A stretch of 64,000 bases of DNA from Amphiscolops sp. MND2022. Its lineage: Eukaryota. The stretch spans positions 37,758,001 through 37,822,000 of the forward strand of contig OZ076415.1 in the NCBI GenBank assembly GCA_964187785.1. Reading direction: 5' to 3'. The notes below the pieces were generated by a model. The model was not told where the DNA came from. It saw only the letters and a program-made list of their open reading frames with translations, and searched no databases. The position numbers were made by a program, and so were the translations under genes. The number at the start of each line of letters is the position of its first letter. Position 1 is the first letter of the stretch. Positions 12,430 through 25,544 of the stretch are shown piece by piece.

Positions 12430-14338
12430 TTAAAAAAACTTCAAAAATCTCTACAAATACATATCGCACGAAGCTAAATTTATGTCGGTTGAATTCTATG
12501 GGTAACACCCTTAAATTTAAATATAAATAAAATCTTGGCAAATTTTGTAAAAAAAAAAACCCGTTTGATTTAAATATTTTCCTTTCCCATATGAAATATG
12601 GGCGGAAAATAATAAGCAAATCAGATGCATGAAAAAAACATCGATTTAAAGGTGTGTTGGCGCCAAGAAATTTGATAACCCTTGAATGATTACTGCGTAA
12701 ATCATCCGAATCTACAAACGAAATCTATCAACTGTATGAGGGGATACTGCTATATGAGTGCTACATAGAAATGAAATCATAACCAGCAAATGACTTTCAA
12801 AGTTAAAGGTCATAACCTTTAAGAATAGAAATTACTCAAAAGGTGCTAACTGATGATTTTCAAAGGCCTTTTTTAAATACCTACCAATGACCCTGGCGCC
12901 CAAAAAATGGCGGAGTCTTAACGGTAGCCCCTCTACCCGAGGATGATGTTTGTATTGAAATCTTGGGACAAAAAGTTTGCGAATAACCGTAGACGGCATG
13001 ACCCTATATTCCAGAAACTAGATGACCTTGAACCCTAAATTTTGTCTGTGAAGACATCTACCCATTAAATATTACCTACTCAAAAGCCAGACTCCTCCCA
13101 CCACTTCAAGTTGAATGTCACGCCCTTTGAATTTAGTATTTCTCATCACCCCATATTTCGACATGAGGAATAGAATAAACTTTGAAGATTTTATAAGTTT
13201 ATGTCATTCCAAAGGTTCTTACAAATGTCAAGTAACCCCTAGAAGTAAGCAAAGTGCTTCGCAGAGTTCAAAAAGCAACTTAAAGCTTCGAGGTTTTGCG
13301 AAATACTGCGTATTTCGACATTAAATAGATATATATCTAATTGCTTTTTCACATTTCATCATTTTCTATGTTTATTCTTTTGTTTCATGTAAAGAATGAT
13401 AATTCTCTCATTCAAACCCGTTGGGCGCTAGAAGTCTGATTGTTAATAATTGGTGTTTTTCATGTTCATTTTTTCAGAGTTGAATATTGAATGTAGATTT
13501 TAGTCAAGTTAGGACTATAATCGCAGTGTTGCCTATTCGAAGCAGAAATTGAAAAACAGGACTTCTCATCTTTGAGAAGTTCTTGACTTGTGTTTCTTGA
13601 AAAGATATCCGTGCTATTTTATTTTGCTCTCTGTTTCTTTTTCAGTGGGAAGCACCAAAGACTGACACGACTGGCACAAGCTTCAATCGCCCAGCGTAGA
13701 GATTCAAGTCAGCCGTTACATTTGCTTAGAAACGTCCTAAGTAAATTCTGGTATGTTTTGCGAAGATTAGTAACTTAAAGAAGACGTAAAACGATTGCAG
13801 ATTTTTTTGGTGAAATGTATGAGAAGAAAAACAAACTTGCTAGCAGAAAACAAAACTTTACCGTCAAAAAGTAGAGAGTAGGAGTAAGAAATGAAACGAG
13901 AAGTTTTTGGTACTTTTGTGTAGAATATGAAGTTGCGTTGAATTTCGATTTGGGCAAGTCATTTTCCAAATGTTTCTCCAGAAAAGTGTTCAGCCCAATC
14001 AATTTCGAAGCCTTTTTTCGGCTAACTGATAGCTTTCTCTGTTGCGAACTTAATAGTGTAATTGGTACCTGCGACTGTCTGATTTTCAATGAGGTTAGGC
14101 GACGGTTTTGGAGAAGGAAAAAAGTTGAACTTTGATTCTTAAAAATGCAGAACAGGTTTTGAAATGTAAAATATTCTGAGCAAATTTGAGAGTGCGGCCC
14201 ACCCTAAATGAAACCATGTCTATCGGAACTCTTTTTGATTTCGAAATATAAATCTTCAGATTATGAAAATATTGGTACGTCGCAGAAAACGAATTTGTTT
14301 TTGAGAAAATTGTTGTGCAAAGTTGTGTTAGAGAAAGT

Positions 14339-14490
14339 CACCCAGGTTGACACTATTACTAGCATATTGACTGCTTTGGCAAGATCTTGCCAAGATCTTA
14401 CCTCATCTCGGCGGCCATGAATCCCGTGGCAAGACTCTTATGGTCTAACCGAGATGTATCATTTTTCCAAGATCGAATCTTACTAAGATT
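14339..14490 (+). repeat. AGATCT-palindrome repeat family, left-end copy
   Basis: CCCAGGTTGACACTATTACTAGCAT...TTGGCAAGATCTTGCCAAGATCTTAC is the approximate reverse complement of 59150-59215. Confidence 0.7.
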
Positions 14491-15132
14491 TCGAAATTTC
14501 GCTTGAGAGTTCAAAAAATAGTTTCAACTAGAAAAATTAAATTGCCAGTCTTCACGGGAATTTTCCAGCCAAGACATTCATTTCCTATGAGAACTTCAAT
14601 TCCACCGTCGTACTGGAGGTTTTAAGATCTTATACCATTAATTTTTAGATCTTTTCAGTGATTTTGGGATAATCCAGTGGTTTTAGTTTTTGTTGCAGTG
14701 GTTGTAAGAAACCAATGGATTAATAACTAAAACAACTGGAAGAATTTTGACTCCAGTAGTTTTAGTTCTTACGTAGTAATTTGTAAATCTTGTCCAGTGA
14801 TATTCAGATATTTCAGTGGTTTCAGTTCTTATTCCAGTGGTTACAAAGAAGAAGAGAGTTAATTTCACCAATGCCGCGGGGTGGACGCCGAATAAGCAGT
14901 TCTGCTTTTCTAAGTTGGCGCCCTTTCGGATACTAGTAGTGGTTATAAATATTATCGTAATCCAGTAATTTCAAAGAATTCAGAGGAATTTCAGGTTATA
15001 TTGCATTTTACTATTCATAACTTTTAATTTAATTGCAGATGTTGCTTTTTGTGGAAGTATCACGCAGTTGTTAGCAAAGTTTTTCTTGCCATAGGAGCTT
15101 CCAAATAAGAGTTCTCGTGGAAACATACCTGC

Positions 15133-15229
15133 CTTGATAAGATCTTATCATGACAACATGCGTACCAAGATTATCATGGCAAGATCTTAGCCAAGATTGT
15201 TCAAAGATGCCGATGGAAGGCCAACCCTG
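15133..15229 (+). repeat. AGATCT-palindrome repeat family, right-end-like copy
   Basis: TGATAAGATCTTATCA and GGCAAGATCTTAGCCAAG units ending GGCCAACCCTG, similar to the family terminus GGTCAACCCGG. Confidence 0.55.
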
Positions 15230-18054
15230 ATATTCAAGAATTAGTCAATATTTGAGAGAAACAATCGGGTACCTATCATGAGTAAAAAATTCGAGTTCAA
15301 AATTTAAAAAACCACCAAAAAGTGTCACACAGACAAGACAAAAAGCAAAAAAGTGAAGTAAACGTCTTCTGAATGCTAAAAAAGTGAATAACAAGAAAAC
15401 GGCATGACGTAAATGACTTTTTGAGTAGAGGGCAATAGGAACATTTCTCTTTCTCCAACAGAGCGTTCGAAAATCTAAAGCTCATAGTGTATGTTATTCT
15501 AAAGCAAAAACTCCTGAAGCGAAAAAGTCCTAAAGCACTTGTGTTCTTTAGTCTCGAAGAATGCCCGACCACTTTGAATGTCTGAAAAAAGCTCTAATGA
15601 TTTTGCCACCAACAAATACTTGCACTCGAAATTAAAAGCAACAAATGAAAATATAAAGATTTGCAACAAAATACGTCTTTCGATTTCAAAAAATTGTATT
15701 TTTATTGTTTACATGCAGTGAAACGATCAAAATTATCTTACTTCTACGTCACCTGATAATACTACAAAGTGAATAAAGTGCTTTTGCTTCTGTATGATGT
15801 TCACATCTCAAGTATGGAGTTTGAAAAATTTGTTCTTTGCATTTAAAAAATAATTTTTCCACTTTTTTGCTGATCAACAACTTTTATTGCAGTTATTGTG
15901 TGAGTATGTCATATGGGTTCTTTATGGTTCTAGTTAATTGTTATGTTAGTTCATTCAAAATACCACTGATTTGATCTCCCTTCGTTCCTCGCTACCCCTA
16001 CTTTGATGACCTCTGTATTCGTTTAGCCGAACAGGGTCCATTTTCACACGACTTACGATTATCACTTCACTTTTTGCCCACTCCGCTAGTTGAGAAAAGA
16101 ATCCAAAAAATAATGCAAAGATCTGGTGAGGACTTCCATGCTTTGTTAGAATTCTGCGAGGGAAAGCAATCAATGTAAATCTTTCATACACACGTTTCCG
16201 TCTACGTTGTTGCAAGGAAATTCCTTGCAAGATAAATGCGCAAAATGAACTATTTGCAAGATCTTACGAGATTCTATCACCATTCTGATGGAATATCATT
16301 TACCTTGCAAAATCTTCGCAAAGAATTTTTCTAGTGAGGATTCAATCGCGGCCACTTAATTTTGGGAGCTACTTGGTCGGATCGACTTTGAAATTCAAAA
16401 GTAACTATTTTCAGATTCTTTCCGAAAGCGCTAAATAAGTACTTACTTGTTTTTCAGCATCTGAATTAAAGGGAAGCCATTTTCATGCTTAAACACACAG
16501 ATCGCCGAAAAATTCAAGAGTGAAATTTTGAGTTGTGAATTTTGGAATAAAGGAATGTGATTAGGAATAGATAAATTTCTAAACCTTGACAATCCTTCAA
16601 ATTTGGCTTTTTCAAAGTATGTTTTCCAAGGCAACCCTTCAAATTAAAAACTGACATTAGCTTATCGATGAACACATTTTACACGTTTTGCTAATGAAAA
16701 GCCCTATTCGCTACAAAATTTACTCAATCCTGTGATTTCAAGGTTGATATTTTGCTTAGATTATTCTCGAAAAAGCCTCAGAATATTTTTTGAATTTGGA
16801 TGAGGTAATGTATGCACTAACCTTAAAGGTACGGTTTGAATTGGCATGAGAGGGTGTAAAATATGAAAGAAGTGATGTGGGTAATTTTTTAAAAGCAAAA
16901 GCAATCTGAGATAATGAGAAAGATTGAGATTACCTTTCGGCAGAAGTGGTTTTTTGTATTAGGGGGAGGGGGGGGGGGGTGGTGCTTGGTTGTGTCGATA
17001 CCAGCGCCAATAAATTTTTCCTACTGACTTTTTTCACGCTTGGAACGCAACCATTTTCACGGTTTCCGTTTTTGTTTGCGTAAGAATTATGGTTTCACTT
17101 AGAATTTTAGATAAAGGCAAGCTAATTGAAAATTCCCGTTCGCTTGGGGATTACGGAACAAATTGAAGAAAGCCAGCGGAGCTTGAAAAACAAGAGGACA
17201 ATGCAACTTTTCAGGCCTGATCTTGTGCTTTTTAAATTGCGCTGCCGGGTAAGATCGACATTTTCTTTGGGGTGGTGGTTTTTCGAGACTCTTTTAAAGA
17301 CGCATTGTCAAGACCACAATTACTGCTCGTCCCGAGACACTGGGATAGGTAACAGGGGATAGGCAGGATGGTAAGAAAATGGCAAGTCGAACACCGCGAG
17401 ATGAGATTTAAACACAAATGGTGTCGTCCATCTAAGCGCAGAAACGGTAGTGTGCGAAACAGCGTTTAAGTGAAGCTTGCTTACTTTACTTTCCTCTCTG
17501 TACTACACTGAATGGATTGCAATGACGGCTAAAAACATCCTCATTTTCCTTCGAGACCGACCGGTCGGTGAAAATTTATTGGCTCCCTGACTACCTGCAG
17601 CAGAATTATCGTAGATAGAACCGGCTGCTTCGCTTTGTTGCGTTGACTGACTACCGAACTGCTACTGACGATCACGCGTTTCTGCTGTCTGATTTCACCG
17701 TCATTACCAACGCTCACTTCACCAATGGTCATATAAAATAATACCAATAACCGAACGGGCTCCGCGGGTTTGTTTCGCCATCACTGCAACTTGAGTTGCT
17801 AACTGACTGGAAATAGTTGTAACAGTTTCAAAATCAACTTGAACAAAACTTAAGAGGTCAAGATTATAGTGATCGTTGGCGTGTCTTTGCAGAAGACACC
17901 GTTTTATGAGTGGAGCTTCGTTTTTTTTTGCAAATGCCGCCACCGTCGTTACGGTTTAGAGATGTTTCAAGTTGGGAACAAACATGAAAAGTTGGGGAAA
18001 ATATTTTTAATCAGCTAATTAAGACTATTTTGAAGCGGACAACGTCAAACTTAC

Positions 18055-19280
18055 CTTCGCTTCTAATGCACTGATTCGCCTACTTACATCTTGTGCTTTT
18101 TTACTCTCAGGAACCATATAAATATTTTATAGGTAAATATATATTGGTCAGCGGTAAGAATTCACGTTCAAGCCACAATGTCTCTCTTGTAAATACTTTC
18201 TGAAGAATAAAACATTTCTCACTTCTAGAGCAGCAAATCTAATAAATAGAATGTACGAAAATTTGTGGTGAGAACTAAGTAAATCTTAATCCCGGTATTA
18301 GCGGGATATATACTTTAACATCCCAGTGACAAAAAAACCACGTTTTTTTACCCTGACGACAAGATTAGAAGCGATTTGTCTACCGCATTTGCTGCTCTAA
18401 TGTGCTTTTTTCTGTAATAAAAATGCATGCATAATTATGATAACGAGTTATACTGAGAAGAAGCACCCATTTTGAACAAGCTTAATAAATTTTTTTTCAA
18501 GGAAAAGTACTTTGGAGATGAAATTCATGTATTATGCACTTACCTTCTCGCAATGAGATTACGTAACACTGGTCTCTGTTTATAAATGACTTCTCAAAAT
18601 TTGGCAGTTGCCGGGTAGGCAGAATTCTCATTTTCTGACGCAATAGCTATTTCTCTAATTGGGGGAGATTTTTATTTTATTATAAACCATTCGCTGTTGG
18701 CTGCATAGGGAAATTAAGATAGTATCCATTCAAGAAAGAAAGGCCATTGTCAAAACCAAGGGAACCATAGATGTAGTATCATACCATGGTGCAAGGGCAA
18801 TAAGAAGGGGCAAACGGGGGAGCATGTTTCCACAATTTTGCCACAAACAGGCAAAGAAGGAAAAGCGGCTGTGTCGTGGAGCAGAAAATGGAAAGATGCA
18901 GGCTGCTGTCGAAAAAGAATCTCACTCAATTAGGTAAATGATTAATGGGTTCAAATGCAACCCATGCGACTATTAACTTTTTTGCGCACAGAAGAGAAGT
19001 TGTAGGCAACACAATAGCAATCTCGAAGCAGACATCAACCTCATATGTCCATCTAGACAAAAAACTTTCAGCCAAGATTGATTGACTTTTCTTCATATTT
19101 CAGTCTCATTTCCAAAAGTGACGAGACGCAAACAATTATTTTTGGGGAATGGTTTTTATACCCGCCGCACGTATGGACCGCAGGTGTACTTTCCTGATTT
19201 GTGGGCGTGGTTTCTGAGGGAGGGGTTGCGATAGAATATTCAACGAGGAGAATTAAATGGAAAATACTGAGCATCATTAT
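18055..19280 (-). pseudogene. Degenerate coding-like segment, possible multi-pass membrane protein
   Basis: Long hydrophobic reading stretches broken by stops (SRWTYEVDVCFEIAIVLP...RFFFDSSLHLSIFCSTTQPLFLLCLFV...GYYLN...RDQCYVI), and two AG|GTAAGT donor-like sites (~18543, ~18055). No intact frame. Confidence 0.22.
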
Positions 19281-20982
19281 TTAAACATGAGTAGCTGTTT
19301 TTGAAATTTATCAGCGTTTATGAAATGAATGGACAAGCGAAAAATTGGAATAATTCAGAATGTACCCGAGGGATATTAATGAATGGAAATTGGTAGCCCG
19401 AATGAACAAAAAGAAAAATTCAAAAGAACAGCGAATGAATTTAGAGAAAATCAAACAATAATAAAAAGTCGCGTTTCAAGCATTTACACCGTCGCTACAA
19501 AGAACCTCGTTATTCACAAAATAAAATTTCGTTAAGCTGTTTCAAGTCGATTTAGGATCGAAAAACCTTTTAATAATTCATGAAAATACTTTTTCATCAT
19601 TAAAAACTGCCCGTTCAATTTTAAAAACAGCCTCTCCTAGTTTCACTAGTAATATATGTCGACTTTCAAGCTACGTTGTTTTATCACGTGAGCAAAACGA
19701 CACGTCATTATTCGGACCTTTTGATGCGCACCTTTGAAAAATAATTCATATTGATTTTAGCTAATTAATTTTGTGATAGGTTGCGCTTGGTTCTGTAGAT
19801 GAAAGTCCCGTTGCAATACCCCGCCCCCCAATGGGAATTAGTTCACGCTGTAAGGCGTAAAAGAAGTGAATTTTTGAAATTAAGGAGAGACTTGCAAAAG
19901 AACTCATTAGCTCAGAGTGATCGCACCTGAGGTACTGAAAAAAATGATTGATTCCTAAATTTACCTTTAATTCAAATGTTTGACATCAAAAACCGCTTCT
20001 TTTCTCTTCCTCGCCTCCCACTACCAAATTTTAAAAAAATAGAGAAAATGTTAGAATAAAAAGAGTTGAAACTAAAATAAAAACTTTCAAATTCATTTTC
20101 AGGGTGACAGTTTAGGATACAGGTACAAACTTTGCTCACACTATTTGTCTATATGAAGTCACTCGTTCTTGATTGGAAAAGCAACAGCTTCAACTTTTAG
20201 GTCACAAAAAACAGTAAATTTGAACAAAATCACTGTCCAAATGTTTGAAAATTATTTTTCAACGGAAAAATTATTCCAATAGATGATAACTTCCTGCTAT
20301 GGTAAAAGATTTCACTATTAACTAGGTGAGCTTGGGGGGTTGCGAAAAAGCCCAAATACCAATCATGCATGTAACACTTTTCAATTTGAAAAAAAGTGGC
20401 ATTTGAAATCGAAAATTGTCTATTCTATCCCTCATTTGCTGGTAATACAGTCATTAAAGGTAGACAGTTTGCATCATGAAAACTCTTAACCGAGAATCAC
20501 TTGTAATTGTTATTTCTCAAATCTTTGTTTCGCTGAATTGGGACTTTGTCATGTAATTGGAAACTGAGGTAGTCTTTCATCAGTAAGAGGTCATTCAGGG
20601 TATAAACAAAAAAGTTCATTTCATAGAAAAGTTCATCTCAAATATTGGACGCAAAAAACTGTCGAAACCTCACAATACAATTTCCAAAATATTCGAAGGT
20701 ATTTCTCTTGTTTATTCTAACTATAGACAAACAAACACCACATCGAACGACCCTTCTGTGGAAAACTGTTAGAAAAAGTTACACAGTGCTAAAAAACAAA
20801 ATCTTTAAAAATAAAATGAAAAAGACAAAAAGATCGGGTGAATCTTTTTGCCTTCTCTAGATCTCAAGTTGGAAGTGGATCTTTTAGTAGGTTGTGAATG
20901 ATGACTACGAACGGATTGAGAAAAAAAACCGACGAGAAGCAATTACTAAAGTCGCGTCTTCTTTCACAAAGCGCCAACCAAC

Positions 20983-21480
20983 AACAAGACGGGAACGTCT
21001 AAAGTCGGCGCTCTATCTAAGGCTCAAAAAGCGCAAAAGACTTTTTTTAAAAAACCTTGAAATTTTTGATTTTTTTCAAAAAATGTCGCATAGTGCCAAA
21101 AAATGTAAAAGGGGGGACCCTTTGGGCTTTATTAACATACATTCTGTTGCAAAATAACAAAAAAACTCGAAAGGGGGACTCTTTTGAGACATTAAAAAAA
21201 TTTTCAAAAAAGTCGCACAATGCCGAAAAAAAATCGAAAGGGGGGAAACTTTAGTCTTGTCCGGTTTTATAGGTTACGTTAAAAAAGTAAAAAATGAAAG
21301 AGGGACCCTTTTGCACTAATTTCCGCTGACCGGACTTGGCCTTATGGTAGTAGTTTTAGCAGTTTCGATTGTAAGAAAAGTGGCCCAATCAGAGTGATAT
21401 TGTAGTCTGTCGAAAAAAAAGAAACAAAACTAGCCACTGTAATAGTCGGGCACTTTTCACTAGAAAAGCGCCGACTGAAA
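20983..21480 (-). mobile_element. Repeat family A, copy 2 (inverted)
   Basis: Starts AACAAGACGGGAACGTCT (5-bp stem AGACG/CGTCT). Inverted pair AGTCGGCGC (21003-21011) / GCGCCGACT (21468-21476). Internal GGGGACCCTT units. Homologous to 7832-8706. Confidence 0.85.
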
Positions 21481-22135
21481 AGACCATATTTCAAGTCGGT
21501 GCCCTGGCTGAGGCTGGGAAAACGAATGTCGGATTTAAGACTAGAAGCGCACTCCGTGGATATTCCCGAGGAAATCACAGTGTCAAAACACATGCCACAA
21601 TTATTGAGGACACTGTGAACATACAGATCCAAACGATTCTCAGTAGTACCACAATTGAATGAATAATTCCCCAGATACAGGTGTGATGACCTTCTTCCGG
21701 GTAGTTTCGGAGGGACGGAAAGGAACATATGCATTTTCTGAATCTATGTTTTCGTTATCTGATGCGTGAACTCCGTTAGCGTGAACCTTGAATGGGCTCA
21801 AGTCTCTTTCTGGTGAAGGACTCTCAGCTCTCCCAGACTTTCGGTTTCTCCTTTTCCACATCGTTTGTTGGGTGTAAAGTTGAATGGGGTCGAAGAAAAG
21901 TTTTATTGAGAATCTCGGTACTCTCTGTTCATTGAGAGTCAGTTATCAGGGGGAATTCCCACACAGCAGAAGTTTCAAACAGCAGAAAATGAAAATTCGG
22001 TCCCATTCAGCAGAATATTTCTTTATGCTGCAATCTGATTGGCTGAAATTTCAAATCGAATTGAATTCACTATGATGAAAACGCGTGTCAGAATTTGTCG
22101 GAATTATTATTATAACGTAGTCAGATATGTTCACA
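21480..22135 (-). mobile_element. Possible truncated LTR element: LTR-like segment (21866-22135) plus gag-like N-terminal remnant
   Basis: On the minus strand it reads TGTGAACA...AGCCAATCAG...CAATAAAAC...CCCAACA, followed by an Arg/Ser/Glu-rich frame (RRNRKSGRAESPSPERDLS). No PBS, TSD or partner LTR was found. Confidence 0.3.
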
Positions 22136-22823
22136 TACCCCTAGTGTCCTAAATGACGGAGCGAAGCGAAGCGGAGCGACGTGCCATATGGCCGTGCCTC
22201 AATGTTGCTACTTGGCGAAGGGAGCGAAGCGACCGAGCCATACAACAAATATGCAAACTTTTTCAAATGAATCAAGTTTCTACATACTGGCTGTAACAAC
22301 ACTAAAAGCTAGTAATTTGAATTCTGCTGCATGGAACCGAATTTTCATTTTCTGCTGTATGAATAGGCTCCGTTATCAGACTTATAGATTTGAAGAGAAA
22401 AGAATCAATGGAGGTGAAATGAAATAGATAGCGATCAGATCAGAATAGCATGACGTCAAATGACGTGTGTCTAATTTTGGAACATGGTCAGTTATAAGTG
22501 TACTCTACACGATTTCACATCAAGCTCAAGTGGTTGTAAACTTTCAACACCGTTCATTCGTTTGGTGACGTAAGCATAATTGAAATATCAATATGATTAC
22601 GTTTTCATATATAGGTCTGTTTACACACCACGCCAACATCATAATGTACTATTGCGCATACTTGTCATTCTGCAAATTGTATGATGACTCAAAGCAACCT
22701 TATCTATAAGTTGAAAGTACGAAACCAGCATAATACCTCATAAAGATACTTTTACTGAGATGCATCTTTATGCATATGCTAATTTAATACGTATACATGT
22801 ATTGCTTATGTGAAAAGCACGTA

Positions 22824-24112
22824 TAGCGTTGGACAAAAATAATGAGAAAAATTAATTTTTTTTTGAAAAGAACATATCATCAGTTAGCGAAACCAAATCA
22901 AAATTTCCTTTGGTAAAATTTTTCAATATGTTATGGTTTAACTTGAGGCATGTTCAAATTTTGTTTAACCGCGCTAAATTCAGTATAAACTTCCGTTTTG
23001 TTGAGTTCATTTCAAAAATGAAAAACGTTAACTGTGTACTTGAATTGCTCTATCAAAATGGTTAAAAAAATCCGCGAGAATTATGTGAAAGAACAGGCCT
23101 TTCATTAGCTACCGTATATCGAAAAATTTGAAGAACTCGCAATGGAGAAAGCTTGGAAATAAGAAAAGGAAGAGGTCGCCCTCAGAAACTTTCTGCATCC
23201 CAAAAAAGGCAATTACGCAAATTGCTTTGAGAAATCCTCTTTTCTCAGACGCAGACATTAAAAATTGCTTCGAAAAATCCCACAGACATTCGGTGTCCTC
23301 CCGGACATACCATCGGACACTCTTGAGATCCGGAATATCAAAAAAATGCCAAAGAAAGTTCCGAATATTTCTCAACAGCAAAAGATCAAACGACTGGACT
23401 TCTGCAAGCAATTCAATTTTCCAGGATTCTTCGATAATGTTTTCTTAACAGACGAGTCTACCTTCCAGTTGCATCGAAATACCATCAAAGTTTGGTCATC
23501 AAAGAACAGCTCGTATCCTAAGAAAAAGGCCCCGAAATTCTCCCAAAAAATTATGGTCTTGGGTGCTCTGTCAAAAAAAGATTTTCCATACATATCTACC
23601 AAAATAATGCGAATGTTAACTCTGAATTGTACCAGGACACCCTTGCCTACTTCATATCTTATGCCAACAAGCTTTATCCAGACGGTTGGATTCTTGAACA
23701 GGACTGCGCGACCCACATACAGCAGCCAGCACTCGAGATTACCTGTCAGGGCATGGCATTCAACTTTTGCAGTCGCCACCGAATTTACCCGATCTTTGGA
23801 CTATTGAGAATGTGTGGCAGATATTCAAGCATGAGATTGAGAAAAAAATCCGAAAAATCTTGACGAACTTAGACAATATGCTTGGGATTGTCGCACATTT
23901 CTGGATTTAAAGACGAGGAAGAAATTGATAGATGCAACTTACGAAAGATTTTCGAAATGTGTCAAAAATGAAGGAAAACTAGTAAAATATTGACTATGTT
24001 TTTATGATACCAATTGTTTCTTCTTAAAGTTGACATAATATATATTTCTTCAATATATTCAGTTTCCGAATAAAATGTGTTTATTCTATTCTCATTATTT
24101 TTGTCCTAACTA
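22824..24112 (+). mobile_element. Tc1/mariner DNA transposon (DD34E type), ~1.29 kb
   Basis: TIRs TAGCGTTGGACAAAAATAATGAGAA (22824-22848) and TTCTCATTATTTTTGTCCTAACTA (24089-24112), each flanked by TA, enclose a transposase remnant. Confidence 0.9.
23018..23993 (+). pseudogene. Tc1-family transposase, frameshifted
   Basis: HTH-like region (SVSSRTYHRTL), VFLTDES (first D), KIMVLGALS, ILEQD (second D), PPNLPDLWTIENVW (E) and C-terminal KNEGKLVKY*. D-to-E spacing is 34 if one lost base after QDCAT is restored. Confidence 0.9.
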
Positions 24113-24186
24113 TACACTATACATTAAAGGATATTTTCGGACAGTTTATTTTACTGCAACATATATTTCACCCAACTGTGACTCAC

Positions 24187-24405
24187 AGCCACCTTGATCA
24201 AAGCACTTAAAACGCATTAACTGGAATTTATTATTTCTTATTAAACAATGTAAACATTACCTATCATCATTATCCACCCATTCACAAATACTTTCGGAAA
24301 GTATTTGTGAATGGGTGGATAATGATGATAGGTAATGTTTACATTGTTTAATAAGAAATAATAAATTCCAGTTAATGCGTTTTAAGTGCTTTGATCAAGG
24401 TGGCT
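24187..24405. repeat. Perfect palindrome: 109-bp arms, 1-nt spacer (centre 24296)
   Basis: Base-by-base comparison shows that 24187-24295 is the exact reverse complement of 24297-24405. Confidence 0.98.
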
Positions 24406-25544
24406 ACCGTTGCTCTTCGTGATTCCACATAGCTGTGGGGTTGTGACAACAGGTAGCCGTGAGTGCGGCGTATTATACAAGAATTTTGACATGTGACGAG
24501 TTAATCATGCGCACCTCATCACAAATCTGGAGAGATTAGCGCTCGTGAAGACTCAAGGTACATTTCTTATGTAAAACAGTCAAACGCACATTGGCAATGT
24601 CAGAAGCCATGATGCCAGTCCTTACATTTATCACGTTGTTTCAAAACCGTTTTTGAAGTCCGCTTTTGAAAAACGTTTGGTGTCTCCTTCAATCTAAGAT
24701 GAATCTAAGAAGTTCATAATATTTTGACAAAGTTCAAAAAACGTTTTCAGTGTTATCACTCCTTCCGTCGTGAAAACTTGGTCCTTGGTCTCAAAATAGT
24801 TTTAGGCATCGTTTTGAGTTGGTTTCAACCTAGCGAAGCTAACTTCGTTTGTTTTGTTGTACACAAGTCAAAATCAATTGCCGCTTGAATTTGAAAACTC
24901 TCACCCCGAGCTAAATATCTGCTATTCAACGATAAAACTATCGTGACACATTTTTGCGCTATTTTGAAGATTTTGCTAAAACGTCTCGCGAACACAAAAT
25001 GTCACATATTATCCAATTATATGAGGTGCTGTAATGGAATGCTGCGAAACATGCAAACGATTGATGTTATATAACAATCGCGACAATTTTTTGAAGAAGA
25101 ACAAAAAATAGCGGGACGCGCAAAGTTAATAGGATGTGTTTCATATGATTGTTTCTGATTTCAAACAAACGCACACATTCAGCAATATTAGCTTCACAGA
25201 AAAATAAAACCGAAAATAACACCAACAAACGAACTCTTCAACGTCGTAGAATCAACTACATCAACCATAATAAACCCAAAAACAGGTTTCTTGAATATAT
25301 TAAAACAGGTTTCGTGAAATATTAACAAACCCTAAAAAGCCAACAAAAAAACCAACTTTTCTCCAATTTTACGCGTTTCAAGCAGTTTTCGGACTTTCGT
25401 TGGAAGTTTTTGGCGGGTATGTATTATCACAGCGTTCGAAGACACAATAATAGCTTCCTTACTTTTTTCAAAATGAGAAAGCCGGCTTTAATATTTTAGA
25501 TGACACAAAATTGATGTTTTTGTTTTACAACTTATTCATTCACT

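Noticed and set aside
16961-16985. Poly-G tract (and C-rich tract at ~10229-10252) as G-quadruplex elements
   Set aside because: Simple homopolymer-like runs with no further structure; length is unreliable in assemblies.
17541-17943. Two overlapping minus-strand ORFs with slightly higher GC
   Set aside because: No recognisable motif, splice pattern or repeat context to support a call.
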